Part shown: positions 17,029-26,561 of the stretch, in pieces
Layout of the letters: each line of letters opens with the position of its first letter
Position numbering within the stretch: the stretch's first letter is position 1
Assembly (NCBI GenBank): GCA_964426185.1
Contig: CAYRPF010000012.1
Coordinates: 11,249-43,248, forward strand
Source of the DNA: an uncultured archaeon
GTDB lineage: Archaea; Asgardarchaeota; Lokiarchaeia; Sigyniarchaeales; Promethearchaeaceae
Direction: 5' to 3'
DNA: 32,000 bases
The notes under the pieces: generated by a model
What the model was told of the DNA's origin: nothing
Seen by the model: only the letters and a program-made list of their open reading frames with translations
Database searches by the model: none
Made by a program: the position numbers and the translations under genes

Positions 17029-18750
17029 CTATTTCTTTTTTCTATTTTTAGGCGATTTCTGTAAATATTGCGAAGGTTGAGATTGCTTGGATTGCAGGGA
17101 ATGCTGAGAAATTCGAGAATACAACAAATTTTTCTGAATTTTCTTCTCTTTGTAAGTATAGGGCACGTAAACAGGCTCCTTAGTAAAAGGATTTAATCCG
17201 GTATAATACATACACGTAGAAACCGACATTGGGGTTGGGGTAAAAATTTGAATAGATTCGGTGCTTTTTTCTCCCAATTGTCGAATTTTCTTGTGCAAGA
17301 ATTCTACATCTTTTAATGTACTTCCTGGATGGGCCGTAATGAAATAATACTTCAAACTCTGTTTAGGATCGGGATTTAATTGCTTGAATTTTTGTAAAAA
17401 TTCTTCAAAACGGGAATTATCTTTGTTCATTAGGGCGCAGATATTGGGTGAGAAATGTTCCGGAGCTATCTTCAACTGACCGGAAATATGATGGGTAAAT
17501 AACTCACGCATGTATTCATCGTGATCTATTATCATATCAAAACGAACTCCACTGCGGACAAAAACTTTCTTAATTCCGGGTATTTCCCGCGATTTTTGCA
17601 ATAATTCTAAAGCTTTTTTATGTGATCTATCCAAAATGGGACATTTCATACAATGTTGCATGCATGACTCCCGATTGGAGCAATCCATTCCATACATATT
17701 GGCAGAAGGTCCCCCGAGGTCGCTGATGTATCCTCTAAAACCATCCAAGTGCGTCATTTTTTCAATTTCTTCCAGAATATTTTTTTGACTTCGCGAAACT
17801 ATCTTTGTCCCTTGATGCAAGGCAATGGCACAAAAGCTGCACTCCCCAATGCAACCTCGATGGGTGATTATCGAAAATTGAGCCATCTGGAATTCGGAGA
17901 AATTTTTGGGAATATGATAAGAATACGGCAAAGAAAAGATTGCATCCAATTCATCTGAAGTATAATTATGCATACGGTACTGTAAAACCATGAAATTGCC
18001 GGTTTTTTGAAGAAGATTCTTTGAATTAGAAAATTGAAGCTGCATATCGCAGAATCGTTCCTTGTTGGTTGCGATTTCTTCAAATGAAGGAAGGCTCTCG
18101 AAATTATCTATATCCACAAGACATTTTTTTTGCGGAAAAGAAATTACCGTTCCTTCAATTCCCCACAAAGGTTGCTTATGTACTAATCGGCGCGCAATTT
18201 CCACCACTTGATATTCTCCAGGGCCATATACTAAAATATCTGCTTTAGCGTCCAAAATTATGGGTTTTCTGAGAGAATTGCTCCAATAATCATAATGGGT
18301 AAATCTTCTAAGGGACGCTTCTACTCCTCCTAACACTATGTGAATCGATGAAACTTTAGAAGAATTTTGTTTTATTGCTTGTCTTATTTTTTGGGCGTAG
18401 ACAATTGTGGCTCGATCAGGTATATTGGATTTAAAAGGATGATAAGGATCTTCAGCGCGCTTCTTTTTGAGGGGAGTGTAATTTTGGAGCATGCTGTCTA
18501 TACTCCCGGAAGAAACGCCAAAAAATAACTTAGGCATGCCTAGTTTAGTAAAATCTGCAAGTGTATGCCAGTTCGGCTTTTCAATTATTCCCACTGAGAA
18601 TCCTGCGGCTTCTAGCACCCGTGAAATAATTCCGATGCCAGAATGTGGATGATCTGCCCATTTTTCTCCCGAAACTAAAATCACGTCAAAAAATGGTGTT
18701 GTCGAAGAAACTTCTTTAGGTAGTGAAGTAGAAATCATGAGAAAAACCAA
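17029..18750 (-). CDS. YgiQ-family radical SAM protein
   Basis: FDVILVSGE..ADHP, PDRATIVY, GGVEASLRRFTHYDYW, HRGCIGECSFC (CX3CX2C), DLGGPSANMY, LKIAPEH, QIFTPTPM. Confidence 0.92.
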   Translation of the reverse strand: MVFLMISTSLPKEVSSTTPFFDVILVSGEKWADHPHSGIGIISRVLEAAGFSVGIIEKPNWHTLADFTKLGMPKLFFGVSSGSIDSMLQNYTPLKKKRAEDPYHPFKSNIPDRATIVYAQKIRQAIKQNSSKVSSIHIVLGGVEASLRRFTHYDYWSNSLRKPIILDAKADILVYGPGEYQVVEIARRLVHKQPLWGIEGTVISFPQKKCLVDIDNFESLPSFEEIATNKERFCDMQLQFSNSKNLLQKTGNFMVLQYRMHNYTSDELDAIFSLPYSYHIPKNFSEFQMAQFSIITHRGCIGECSFCAIALHQGTKIVSRSQKNILEEIEKMTHLDGFRGYISDLGGPSANMYGMDCSNRESCMQHCMKCPILDRSHKKALELLQKSREIPGIKKVFVRSGVRFDMIIDHDEYMRELFTHHISGQLKIAPEHFSPNICALMNKDNSRFEEFLQKFKQLNPDPKQSLKYYFITAHPGSTLKDVEFLHKKIRQLGEKSTESIQIFTPTPMSVSTCMYYTGLNPFTKEPVYVPYTYKEKKIQKNLLYSRISQHSLQSKQSQPSQYLQKSPKNRKKK

Positions 18751-18834
18751 TGGGGTATGAGGAGAAAAAACGTCCTCTAATTTTGAAGTTAATGATTATA
18801 ATTGAAAGCATCCAATCCAAAAATGAAATTCAAT

Positions 18835-19461
18835 TTATTCTCCAATTTTCTTGGGAACTATCGGGCCTCGGGGATATTCTTCTTCAAATATAATGGCCGT
18901 GAATCGTTCTACTTTGGTTTTCCCAACATCTTTCCATGCATTAGGTGGGAGGCCAGCTTTCATGCATGTGTGTTCCAGAAATGTGGTCACATCCCAATTT
19001 CTATCGAATTCCACTGGAACTTGAGGTAGAAGAAGACCGCGGTTCCAAGCTCGAGTAATAATTAAACCATCTCTTCCGATTTTAATGTGCTTTAAATAAT
19101 CTTCTGGAATGTCCACCTTGATTTCTTCCGGAACGGTTAAAATAGAGACTTCTACTACAATATTATCCATTTCCGATGCTTTTACCGAGGGAAATCTCGG
19201 ATCATCAAAGGCTGCTGACAATGAGACTTTAGAAATCGTTTCCCACAACGGATAAACCGGCAATATATACCCTATGCAACCACGTAGGGGATTCCCCGTT
19301 TTCGGATAACGGTTCAAGGTTACAAAAGCTCCTGCATTCTCTTTGTATTTTTCTTTAATTTCCGCGGGAACTGGAAGGGGTTTATTTGTTTTAAGATAGG
19401 TTTCGATATTTTTTCGGGCAAAGGCGATCAAAGCCTTTCCGTCAGATAGAGTAATTTCCAT
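18835..19461 (-). CDS. AMMECR1-domain protein (AmmeMemoRadiSam protein A-like)
   Basis: GAFVTL, LRGCIG, AAFDDPRF, EVSILT, GRDGLI, GLLLPQV, C.KAGL. Confidence 0.93.
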   Translation of the reverse strand: MEITLSDGKALIAFARKNIETYLKTNKPLPVPAEIKEKYKENAGAFVTLNRYPKTGNPLRGCIGYILPVYPLWETISKVSLSAAFDDPRFPSVKASEMDNIVVEVSILTVPEEIKVDIPEDYLKHIKIGRDGLIITRAWNRGLLLPQVPVEFDRNWDVTTFLEHTCMKAGLPPNAWKDVGKTKVERFTAIIFEEEYPRGPIVPKKIGE

Positions 19462-19473
19462 TTCTCTCAGATA

Positions 19474-20967
19474 TTATTCATCCTTATTCATTAAAAAATT
19501 TCCGTGAGGTAAACATAAATCCTTACTCTTATCATAAACTAAATGCCCCCCTAGAATCACATATTCTATCTCAGCAGAAACTTGGAAAGAATCCCACGGA
19601 GTCCATTTTTGCTTACTTTTCATCTGCGCTTGTGAAATTTTGTAGGGGTCTGTCTTTCTTACAACTATTAAATCCGCATCCATCTGTGGTGCTATGATAC
19701 CCTTTCGATTCAGTTTTAATAATTGCGCTGGGCGGGTAGAATACATGTTGACGAGTTGTTCTAACGAAATTTGATTTTCAAACACCTGGGAAAGCAAAAT
19801 TTGACCCGCAAAATCAATCGATGGAAAACCTGAAGGTGCTGTGGAGAAATCTTGTTGTTTTTCTGCGAGAGTATGAGGGGCATGATCTGTACCGATGGTA
19901 TCGATTTGATTTTCTTGCCATTTTTTCTTTAAATTTTCTTGAATTTCTGCAGATCGCAGCGGAACGAGCACTTTTGCTTTATTTTCCGAAGAAAATAGCA
20001 TGTCATAATTTAGAAATAAATGATGGGGGGAAGCTTCGATAGAACAAGGGTATCCTTTTTGTTTCAACATTAAATGAATTATTTCAACAACGTTGGCACT
20101 GGAAACATGCACAAAATGAACATGCGGCGCTTGAGTAGGATCAGGAAAATACTTGTAGAGAAGGGAGATCAACATTTCCACCAAAGCTAATTCATTGGTG
20201 TAAACTGGATGAGCTACATGATGAGCGAACAGATGGGGATTTGGAACTTTTTCGGTTTTTGCTATTTGTAGCCCATGTTCATATATCTTATGTCTTAAAT
20301 TTGCTTCCCGCGGCAACTCTGGATGGAATAAAATCAATAAATCATGTTCTTTGGCTGTTTCAAAGAGTTTTTTCCAAGCGGGATACTCATTTTGAAAATT
20401 TTTCAAAATCTCGGGGATTTTTTGGGAAAATTCTGTAGGATCAAGATCACTACGCCACCCATCTTTCCATTGCAACTCAAGTTCTTCTGAAAAATCACCG
20501 GGGTATATTTTAATTCCCTGTATTCCTAATTTTTTCATTTCAGGTATGTTTGAGAGCGAAAAACCGGCTTTAACCGATGCATAATAACCTATATTGCAAT
20601 AAACGGGTTGGGATTTGATTTTCTGCCAATATTTTTTCAAAACTGTCGGCGTTGATAATGGTGGGATTGTATTCGGCATGGTAACTACGCTGGTTACTCC
20701 GCCGTGCAAAGCTCCTTTCGAGCCAGATTCTAAAGTTTCTTTTGAAGCTTGTTCCATATCGCGAAAATGCACATGCATGTCAATAAATCCAGGAATAATC
20801 AATGCTTGCTGAACATCTATAATTGTTTCAGAATTTCGTCTAATATATGCTCCTTCTCCTATTTGTTGAATAGAATTGCCTTCAATAACTAAGAATCCGG
20901 ATATAATTTTATTTTGAGTGAAAATTTGACCGTTTGTTAAAATCAGTCGAGAAATTGGGGCTTCCAT
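19474..20967 (-). CDS. pyrC: Dihydroorotase / cyclic amidohydrolase family protein
   Basis: PGFIDMHVHFR, GGVTSVVTMPNT, GIKIY, FHPE, HFVHVS, PHHL, PLRS, GTDHAPH, DADL. Contains insertions, so substrate is not certain. Confidence 0.75.
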   Translation of the reverse strand: MEAPISRLILTNGQIFTQNKIISGFLVIEGNSIQQIGEGAYIRRNSETIIDVQQALIIPGFIDMHVHFRDMEQASKETLESGSKGALHGGVTSVVTMPNTIPPLSTPTVLKKYWQKIKSQPVYCNIGYYASVKAGFSLSNIPEMKKLGIQGIKIYPGDFSEELELQWKDGWRSDLDPTEFSQKIPEILKNFQNEYPAWKKLFETAKEHDLLILFHPELPREANLRHKIYEHGLQIAKTEKVPNPHLFAHHVAHPVYTNELALVEMLISLLYKYFPDPTQAPHVHFVHVSSANVVEIIHLMLKQKGYPCSIEASPHHLFLNYDMLFSSENKAKVLVPLRSAEIQENLKKKWQENQIDTIGTDHAPHTLAEKQQDFSTAPSGFPSIDFAGQILLSQVFENQISLEQLVNMYSTRPAQLLKLNRKGIIAPQMDADLIVVRKTDPYKISQAQMKSKQKWTPWDSFQVSAEIEYVILGGHLVYDKSKDLCLPHGNFLMNKDE

Positions 20968-20985
20968 TATCGTTCCTCAATTTTA

Positions 20986-22446
20986 TTACCATAAATACTT
21001 TTTCCGCTTCTTTTTCTGACCCTGTGCCATCATTTGTTGCAGTTGGTTAATATCCATACCTTTGGGAAGTCCACCAGATAAATCTCCTAGATTTTCCATT
21101 CCCGGAATATTCGGTGTTGCTCCTTTTTTACCGCGTACCTTTTTCCCAAACATATTTTTCATTACACGGTTCATTTGGCGCCATTGATCTAGAAGTTTTT
21201 TAACATCAGTATAACTCGTTCCACTTCCTTTTGAAATACGCGAGATTCGAGTTTTTTTAATAATTATGGGATCATCTTTTTCTTCTTGGGTCATTGATTG
21301 AAGCATTACCTTAATTTTTTCCATGTTGGCAGTGGCGGCAATTTTAAACTGATCTGGTAAATTTTGACCTCCTAACATTCCGATGATCTTTTTCACACCA
21401 CCCATTTTCTGGATAGATTGAAGCTGCATATACATATCCGTAAGGGTAAACTTTCCTTTTTTGATGCGTTTAGCCATATCTTCTTGGTCTTCTTCATCAA
21501 TACCCAATTCTTCGATTTTTTCCAGTAAACCTTCGATATCGGGGATACCCATTAAGTTTCCTACAAATTTGGTAGGATCAAATGGTTCCAAATCATCAAC
21601 GCGCTCTCCAACTCCAATGAATTTGATGGGTGCTTTAGCTGCAGCTGCTGCTGAGAGGGCACCACCACCCTTGGCAGAACCATCTAGTTTTGTGATTATA
21701 ATACTGCCTACATGAGTCGATTCCGCAAAAGCCTTGGCCTGTGAATAGGCTTGTTGGCCAAGGGTCCCATCAATTACCAGTAATGTTTCATTGGGCTTAA
21801 TTACCGATTCTAATTTTACCATTTCGTTCATCAGATCGGTTTCTTGCTTATGGCGTCCTGCAGTATCAACAATGATTAAATCTCGTTTGTCTTTTCCTTT
21901 TGCCTGCAGGAAATGTTTCATCCCTTTTTTCGCAATTTTTATCGCATTTTTCTCTTTGGGCATCCCAAAATGTGGTACACCAATTGAATCCATAGTTTGT
22001 GTCATTTGATCATAAGCACCGGGTCGCCAAGTATCTGTACAAATCGCTCCAACCTTAAAACCTCTTTTTTTGTAGTAGTTTGCGAGTTTTCCCACTGTGG
22101 TAGTTTTTCCACTACCTTGGATACCTACGAGCATAATTACGGATTGTTTTCCCGTCTTAATTCTTTTCGGGGCTTCTTTCCCACCCAAAATTTCAATGAG
22201 TTGATCGTGCAGTAGTTTTATAATAAATTCCTTACGGTCGATTTGCGTGTTGATACGTTGGTCCATGGCCTGTTTTTTGATAGCATCGGTAACTTGCAAG
22301 CAGATTTCGACTTTTACATCGGCCATCAAGAGCGCCCGTTGCAGTTCTTGGAGAATAGCATTAATGGTATCCTTGTCAATTTCCGGCAGTCGGCGAATTT
22401 TCCGAATTAAACTATCCAACGATTTTCCCAATGAATCTAGAACCAA
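20986..22446 (-). CDS. srp54: Signal recognition particle 54 kDa protein (TTG start)
   Basis: ALLMADV, GIQGSGKTTT, DTWRPGA, DTAGRH, TKLDGSAKGGG, M domain FTLTDM...SMT..E...RISRISKGSG. AGGTG SD upstream. Confidence 0.97.
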   Translation of the reverse strand: MVLDSLGKSLDSLIRKIRRLPEIDKDTINAILQELQRALLMADVKVEICLQVTDAIKKQAMDQRINTQIDRKEFIIKLLHDQLIEILGGKEAPKRIKTGKQSVIMLVGIQGSGKTTTVGKLANYYKKRGFKVGAICTDTWRPGAYDQMTQTMDSIGVPHFGMPKEKNAIKIAKKGMKHFLQAKGKDKRDLIIVDTAGRHKQETDLMNEMVKLESVIKPNETLLVIDGTLGQQAYSQAKAFAESTHVGSIIITKLDGSAKGGGALSAAAAAKAPIKFIGVGERVDDLEPFDPTKFVGNLMGIPDIEGLLEKIEELGIDEEDQEDMAKRIKKGKFTLTDMYMQLQSIQKMGGVKKIIGMLGGQNLPDQFKIAATANMEKIKVMLQSMTQEEKDDPIIIKKTRISRISKGSGTSYTDVKKLLDQWRQMNRVMKNMFGKKVRGKKGATPNIPGMENLGDLSGGLPKGMDINQLQQMMAQGQKKKRKKYLW

Positions 22447-22589
22447 TTGTATTCACACCTATAGAATATAGAATGATCAAAAATGCGATCGAAATCTTAC
22501 TACACTAGAAGAAGGAAAGGTTGAAAATTTTTTGGATTTCAGAACGGGAAAAATTATAAGATGTGATTTTTTAGTTGTTAGTGATTTTG

Positions 22590-23606
22590 ATGGAACGAAT
22601 TTCTACATTTTTTTCTAAATTTTCGTCTGTTTTACGAAAAAAGCAGATTTTGATTCCAATCATAGTATCTTTGATTCTTGGAACATTGTATGGGGGTTCA
22701 TATTGGATAATTCAATCGAGTATCGATTCACAGTTAGAAAGCAAAATGGAATTACCTATGCAAGGTGCCAATCCAATCATTTTGAAAAATATTTCTTTAT
22801 TATCCATGTCTCCAGATTATTTGGATTTTAACTTTATATTTTCTTTAAATGAATCAAGTTCTGGTTCTCTACCTTCCGTCGAGGTAAAATTACATTACTT
22901 TCTTCTATTTTATGAAGCAGATCAAATTTCTTCTCTAACATTTCCCTATTCCCCTGGAGATGTGATTAATTTAAAATCTTCTAACTTCTCAATAAAGGTG
23001 CGTGTTGATATCAGTAATCAAACCAGAATTAACAATATTTTCAATAGGATGATTCAAAAAGAGAATGTTTCATTACATGTTAAAGGTAAATTTAAAGTGC
23101 TTGGAATCGGGGTGATTTATCCACTGTTTTCAATTGATCAAAATATTATTCTACCTCCTCTAGAAGAAGGGGATGAATTATTGGATTTTAAATTTCGAAA
23201 TATCCAAATTGTGGAAAAAGAAATGAAACTAAATATAGATTATCGACTTAAAGTCAAGAACCCTCTGAATTTCTCATTTAGTCTTTTGGGTGTTCAAGGA
23301 AATCTCTATTTTGATGATCCCGATGGAGTAGGTATTTTAAATCCTAGAAATAATATATTTCTTATGTCTTTTGATTATAATTGGACCGATAATCCTTTTG
23401 TTTTGCACTCAAATGCTGCAAATAGCAAAGATTTAATGCTTAACATAGATATTCCTGATTTATTTACTACATCTCGGCTTGTAGATGAAATAACAAATGA
23501 TCAATTAAAGTTTAATATTAAAGGTGGAGTTTTAATAATTCAATTGCAAGATGCTGTAGTTGAATGGGAATTTAACTTGGAAAAAATACCAATTTCTACT
23601 ACTTAG
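22590..23606 (+). CDS. Membrane-anchored beta-rich protein with tandem LEA_2/WHy-like domains (track start 22575)
   Basis: One N-terminal TM helix (ILIPIIVSLILGTLYGGSYWII), two beta-rich halves, and the LEA_2-like motif LKVKNPLNFSFSLLGVQGNLY. Seven NxS/T sequons. Confidence 0.6.
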   Translation: MERISTFFSKFSSVLRKKQILIPIIVSLILGTLYGGSYWIIQSSIDSQLESKMELPMQGANPIILKNISLLSMSPDYLDFNFIFSLNESSSGSLPSVEVKLHYFLLFYEADQISSLTFPYSPGDVINLKSSNFSIKVRVDISNQTRINNIFNRMIQKENVSLHVKGKFKVLGIGVIYPLFSIDQNIILPPLEEGDELLDFKFRNIQIVEKEMKLNIDYRLKVKNPLNFSFSLLGVQGNLYFDDPDGVGILNPRNNIFLMSFDYNWTDNPFVLHSNAANSKDLMLNIDIPDLFTTSRLVDEITNDQLKFNIKGGVLIIQLQDAVVEWEFNLEKIPISTT

Positions 23607-23610
23607 GTTG

Positions 23611-24348
23611 CTATTTTTTGTTAGAAATTTGGGTGATTATCTGTGGTAAAATCGAAATTAGGTGAGATACATCAGGTAATATGAAATCTGCTTGCTCTTT
23701 TTCCAGTTCTTCTCGACTGGAAAATCCTGAAAGTACTCCAATTGTAGTACAACCTACCGCCTTTCCCGCTTGAATGTCGTTTTTCATATCACCAATCATT
23801 ACGATGTTTTTTAAGGGGATATTCCATTTTTTAGCCAAATGGATTATACCAGCAGGGTTTGGTTTCATTTTTTTTACCATATCTCGTCCCAATATATTAT
23901 TTTCGAATGGATCCAATAGATTTTCACGATTTTGAAATCGATCTTTGATTTCTAGCATACTGGATGTAGTTAATATGCCCACTTGACCCCTACGCTTTAT
24001 TATTTCTTGGACTGCTTTGACCGCTCCAGGAAAAAGGGGACAATTGGTTATTTCTCTTTTATAGACTATATTGCATTTTTTAATAAATTTTAGGCGATGA
24101 TACCATGGAACTCCAAAAAATTTTGCAATTTTCATGAATATTCGAAAGATAATGAAGTTAGTTCCATTTTCGCCCAAAATATTGAGAATTTTTCTTTCCA
24201 AATTGGGATCATGAGGATGATTAATATCATATCCCATTTCTTCCAGAGCTAAATATGGTAATTTTCGGGCTAATTCGATATCATCTAGCAATGTTCCATC
24301 GAGATCAAATATAAAGCCATAATCAGCCAGTGATTTTTCTTCTTCCAT
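23611..24348 (-). CDS. HAD-superfamily hydrolase (phosphoglycolate phosphatase-like)
   Basis: Motif I FDLDGTL, motif II LTTS, motif III KPNP, motif IV GDMKNDIQAG. Confidence 0.9.
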   Translation of the reverse strand: MEEEKSLADYGFIFDLDGTLLDDIELARKLPYLALEEMGYDINHPHDPNLERKILNILGENGTNFIIFRIFMKIAKFFGVPWYHRLKFIKKCNIVYKREITNCPLFPGAVKAVQEIIKRRGQVGILTTSSMLEIKDRFQNRENLLDPFENNILGRDMVKKMKPNPAGIIHLAKKWNIPLKNIVMIGDMKNDIQAGKAVGCTTIGVLSGFSSREELEKEQADFILPDVSHLISILPQIITQISNKK

Positions 24349-24457
24349 AAGATTCGTATAATAAAAAAAAATCGTTTCTTATAAATTGCACCTTTCCAAA
24401 ATTTCTTATCTGGTGAAAAAGCACAAAATTCAAAAAAACTGAGATGTTATTAGAAGA

Positions 24458-24465
24458 TATATAAA
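24458..24465 (+). promoter_or_regulatory. TATA-box candidate for the eIF5A gene cluster
   Basis: TATATAAA preceded by purine-rich AGAAGA (BRE-like), about 42 bp upstream of ATG 24507. Confidence 0.45.
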
Positions 24466-24506
24466 AATGTGCTAATTCACATTTTTCAAAAAACCGACGT
24501 GATATT

Positions 24507-24950
24507 ATGGCAAGAAAGTCAGCAAATAATTTGAAGAAAGGAAATTACTTTGTTAATCCTGATGATAATGAGCCTTATTTAGTTTTATCCAACGATCATT
24601 CTAAATCGGGGAAACACGGACATGCAAAATCCCGTATTGGATGTGTGGGATTATTTACCGGTAAGAAAAAATCCTTAACCATGACCGCAGATACCACATT
24701 AGATGTACCCGAAATCCAAAAACGCCAAGGGCAGCTCATTGATATAAATGAAATGGATAGAAACGTGCAAGTAATGGATTTGGAGTCCTATGAAACATTT
24801 GATATTGCTTTTCCTCTAGATGGAACTGATTCAGAAACTCAAAAATTACTTGATTTATTGAACGATCAAAGCATCTGGGGAGAAGTCACCATTGAATTTT
24901 GGACTGTCATGGGACGTTCATTCGTAACCCGTGTGGTTTTGCCGAAATAA
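24507..24950 (+). CDS. eif5a: Translation factor a/eIF5A
   Basis: LKKGNY, hypusine-site motif SKSGKHGHAK, GLFTGKK, VQVMDLESYETF. Confidence 0.95.
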   Translation: MARKSANNLKKGNYFVNPDDNEPYLVLSNDHSKSGKHGHAKSRIGCVGLFTGKKKSLTMTADTTLDVPEIQKRQGQLIDINEMDRNVQVMDLESYETFDIAFPLDGTDSETQKLLDLLNDQSIWGEVTIEFWTVMGRSFVTRVVLPK

Positions 24951-24988
24951 TCTCCTTTTTTAGATATTCTTTTTTTGCGGTGTCCGTT

Positions 24989-25921
24989 GTGAATGAAAAT
25001 CCAGATATTAAATCACGTGAGAAAGGTGATGATCGAGCAATAGGTATTGCCTGTCGGTTAGATTCGCCTGAAGCGCTAAAGATTGTGCAATTTATAACTG
25101 ATTTCCTTCTAAAACGAAATGAACGGATAGCATATGAAACTCGGATTTCGTCCAAATTTATTCGTCATTTTGCAAGAAGTCTGGGAGATATGACCACAGA
25201 TAACACTAAATTTGTGATTTCTGTGGGAGGGGATGGAACTGTTTTACGTGTATGCCAAAATCTTCCTAAAAAAAAGATTCCTCCTATATTGGGGGTTAAT
25301 TTAGGCTCTGTTGGATTTTTGGATGAATCCATGGGTAATCCTGAATCGTTAAAGTTGGATTTAGAGAAAGTTCTTTCGGGAAAATTTTGCATTGAGCATG
25401 CGGCACGATTGGTTACCAGAATTGGAAATCATATCTTACCGGTAGCTCTTAACGAAGTGTTAATAATTTCCTCAAAGCCTTCAAAAGTGCTTTATACGAA
25501 TATTATGGTGGATGATCAAAATTTTACTTCCAGCTATTTAGATGGATTGATAATTTCAACTCACACAGGTTCAACCGCCTATGCTCTTTCTGCTGGAGGA
25601 TGCCTACTTGATCCTCGCCTTAATGGATTTGAGATTGTTCCTCTTAATCCTTTTGCAGGTACTGGTGTATTTCGACCTTTAATTGTTCCCACTTCTGCGA
25701 AAATTCAAATCAAACTTCAACGTCCGCGTTTAAATGGGCTGGTAATTATAGATGGACAAAGTGAATATAAAGTAAGTCCGCAAGTTAAAATTACTATTAG
25801 TCGGGCACCTACCGATATAAAATTTATTCGATTCCATAGTCAGTTAGGTGGTTATTTTGATAAAGTTCGAGAAAAAATACTTTTTTCGCGTAAATTAGCG
25901 GATGATAGCTTAGAAGATTAG
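24989..25921 (+). CDS. nadK: NAD(+) kinase (track start 24899 overlaps eIF5A; GTG at 24980 or 24989 more likely)
   Basis: SVGGDGTVL, GVNLGSVGFL, ALNE, DGLIISTHTGSTAYALSAGG, IDGQ. Confidence 0.93.
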   Translation: MNENPDIKSREKGDDRAIGIACRLDSPEALKIVQFITDFLLKRNERIAYETRISSKFIRHFARSLGDMTTDNTKFVISVGGDGTVLRVCQNLPKKKIPPILGVNLGSVGFLDESMGNPESLKLDLEKVLSGKFCIEHAARLVTRIGNHILPVALNEVLIISSKPSKVLYTNIMVDDQNFTSSYLDGLIISTHTGSTAYALSAGGCLLDPRLNGFEIVPLNPFAGTGVFRPLIVPTSAKIQIKLQRPRLNGLVIIDGQSEYKVSPQVKITISRAPTDIKFIRFHSQLGGYFDKVREKILFSRKLADDSLED

Positions 25922-25924
25922 AAG

Positions 25925-26458
25925 ATGGGCACAAATTTTTACATCTTGGATAATACTGCGTTTGCCGCTGGATTGAATTTAAATATTTTAGAAGAAGATT
26001 CAGCTACAATCTTCCTCACCACTCCAGAAATAATTGAAGAAGCGCAAAAGAACAAAAAATCTTCACAAATGCTTTCGATTGCGTTATTCCAAAATAAAAT
26101 TCAATTATATTCATCAAGTAATTCTTCAATTTCCTATGTCAAAAAACAAGCACAGCAGAGCGGCGATATTGGTGCCCTTTCCGAACCAGATATTTCCATA
26201 TTAAGTTTGGCATACGAATGGCAGAAGAACAATCCAGAGGCTGAAGTATTATTAATTTCAGATGACTATTCCGTGCAAAACACTGCAGAATTTTTAAAAA
26301 TTTCCTTTAAACCGCTCCAGCAAGACGGAATTCGCCATAAAATATCTTGGGAAGTCTTCTGTCCCCATTGTTTTCGTCGTTTTTCTTCTCTTCAACTTGG
26401 AAAAACTTGTCCAATTTGCGGAGCTAAGTTGAAACGACGCCGTAAAAAAGAAAAGTAA
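25925..26458 (+). CDS. nob1: Nob1-family endoribonuclease (PIN domain + Zn ribbon; SSU rRNA maturation)
   Basis: YILDNTAF, GD...LSEPDISILSLA, ISDDYSVQN, CPHC...CPICG. Confidence 0.88.
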   Translation: MGTNFYILDNTAFAAGLNLNILEEDSATIFLTTPEIIEEAQKNKKSSQMLSIALFQNKIQLYSSSNSSISYVKKQAQQSGDIGALSEPDISILSLAYEWQKNNPEAEVLLISDDYSVQNTAEFLKISFKPLQQDGIRHKISWEVFCPHCFRRFSSLQLGKTCPICGAKLKRRRKKEK

Positions 26459-26490
26459 TTCCATTTGTTAACGGAATAGTAAAAGATTAC

Positions 26491-26498
26491 TTTAAATA
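26491..26498 (+). promoter_or_regulatory. TATA-box candidate for fen1
   Basis: TTTAAATA about 65 bp upstream of the TTG start; GAGGTGA SD at ~26550-26556. Confidence 0.35.
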
Positions 26499-26561
26499 TG
26501 CACGCAGTTATATTTTTTAAAACATTAAATTATTAACGATATAATTTAAGAGGTGATCCTT

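Noticed and set aside
16099-25921. nadC and nadK (with eIF5A, whose modification needs NAD) as a functional NAD cluster
   Set aside because: The genes are about 8 kb apart on opposite strands with unrelated genes between them; no evidence of co-regulation.
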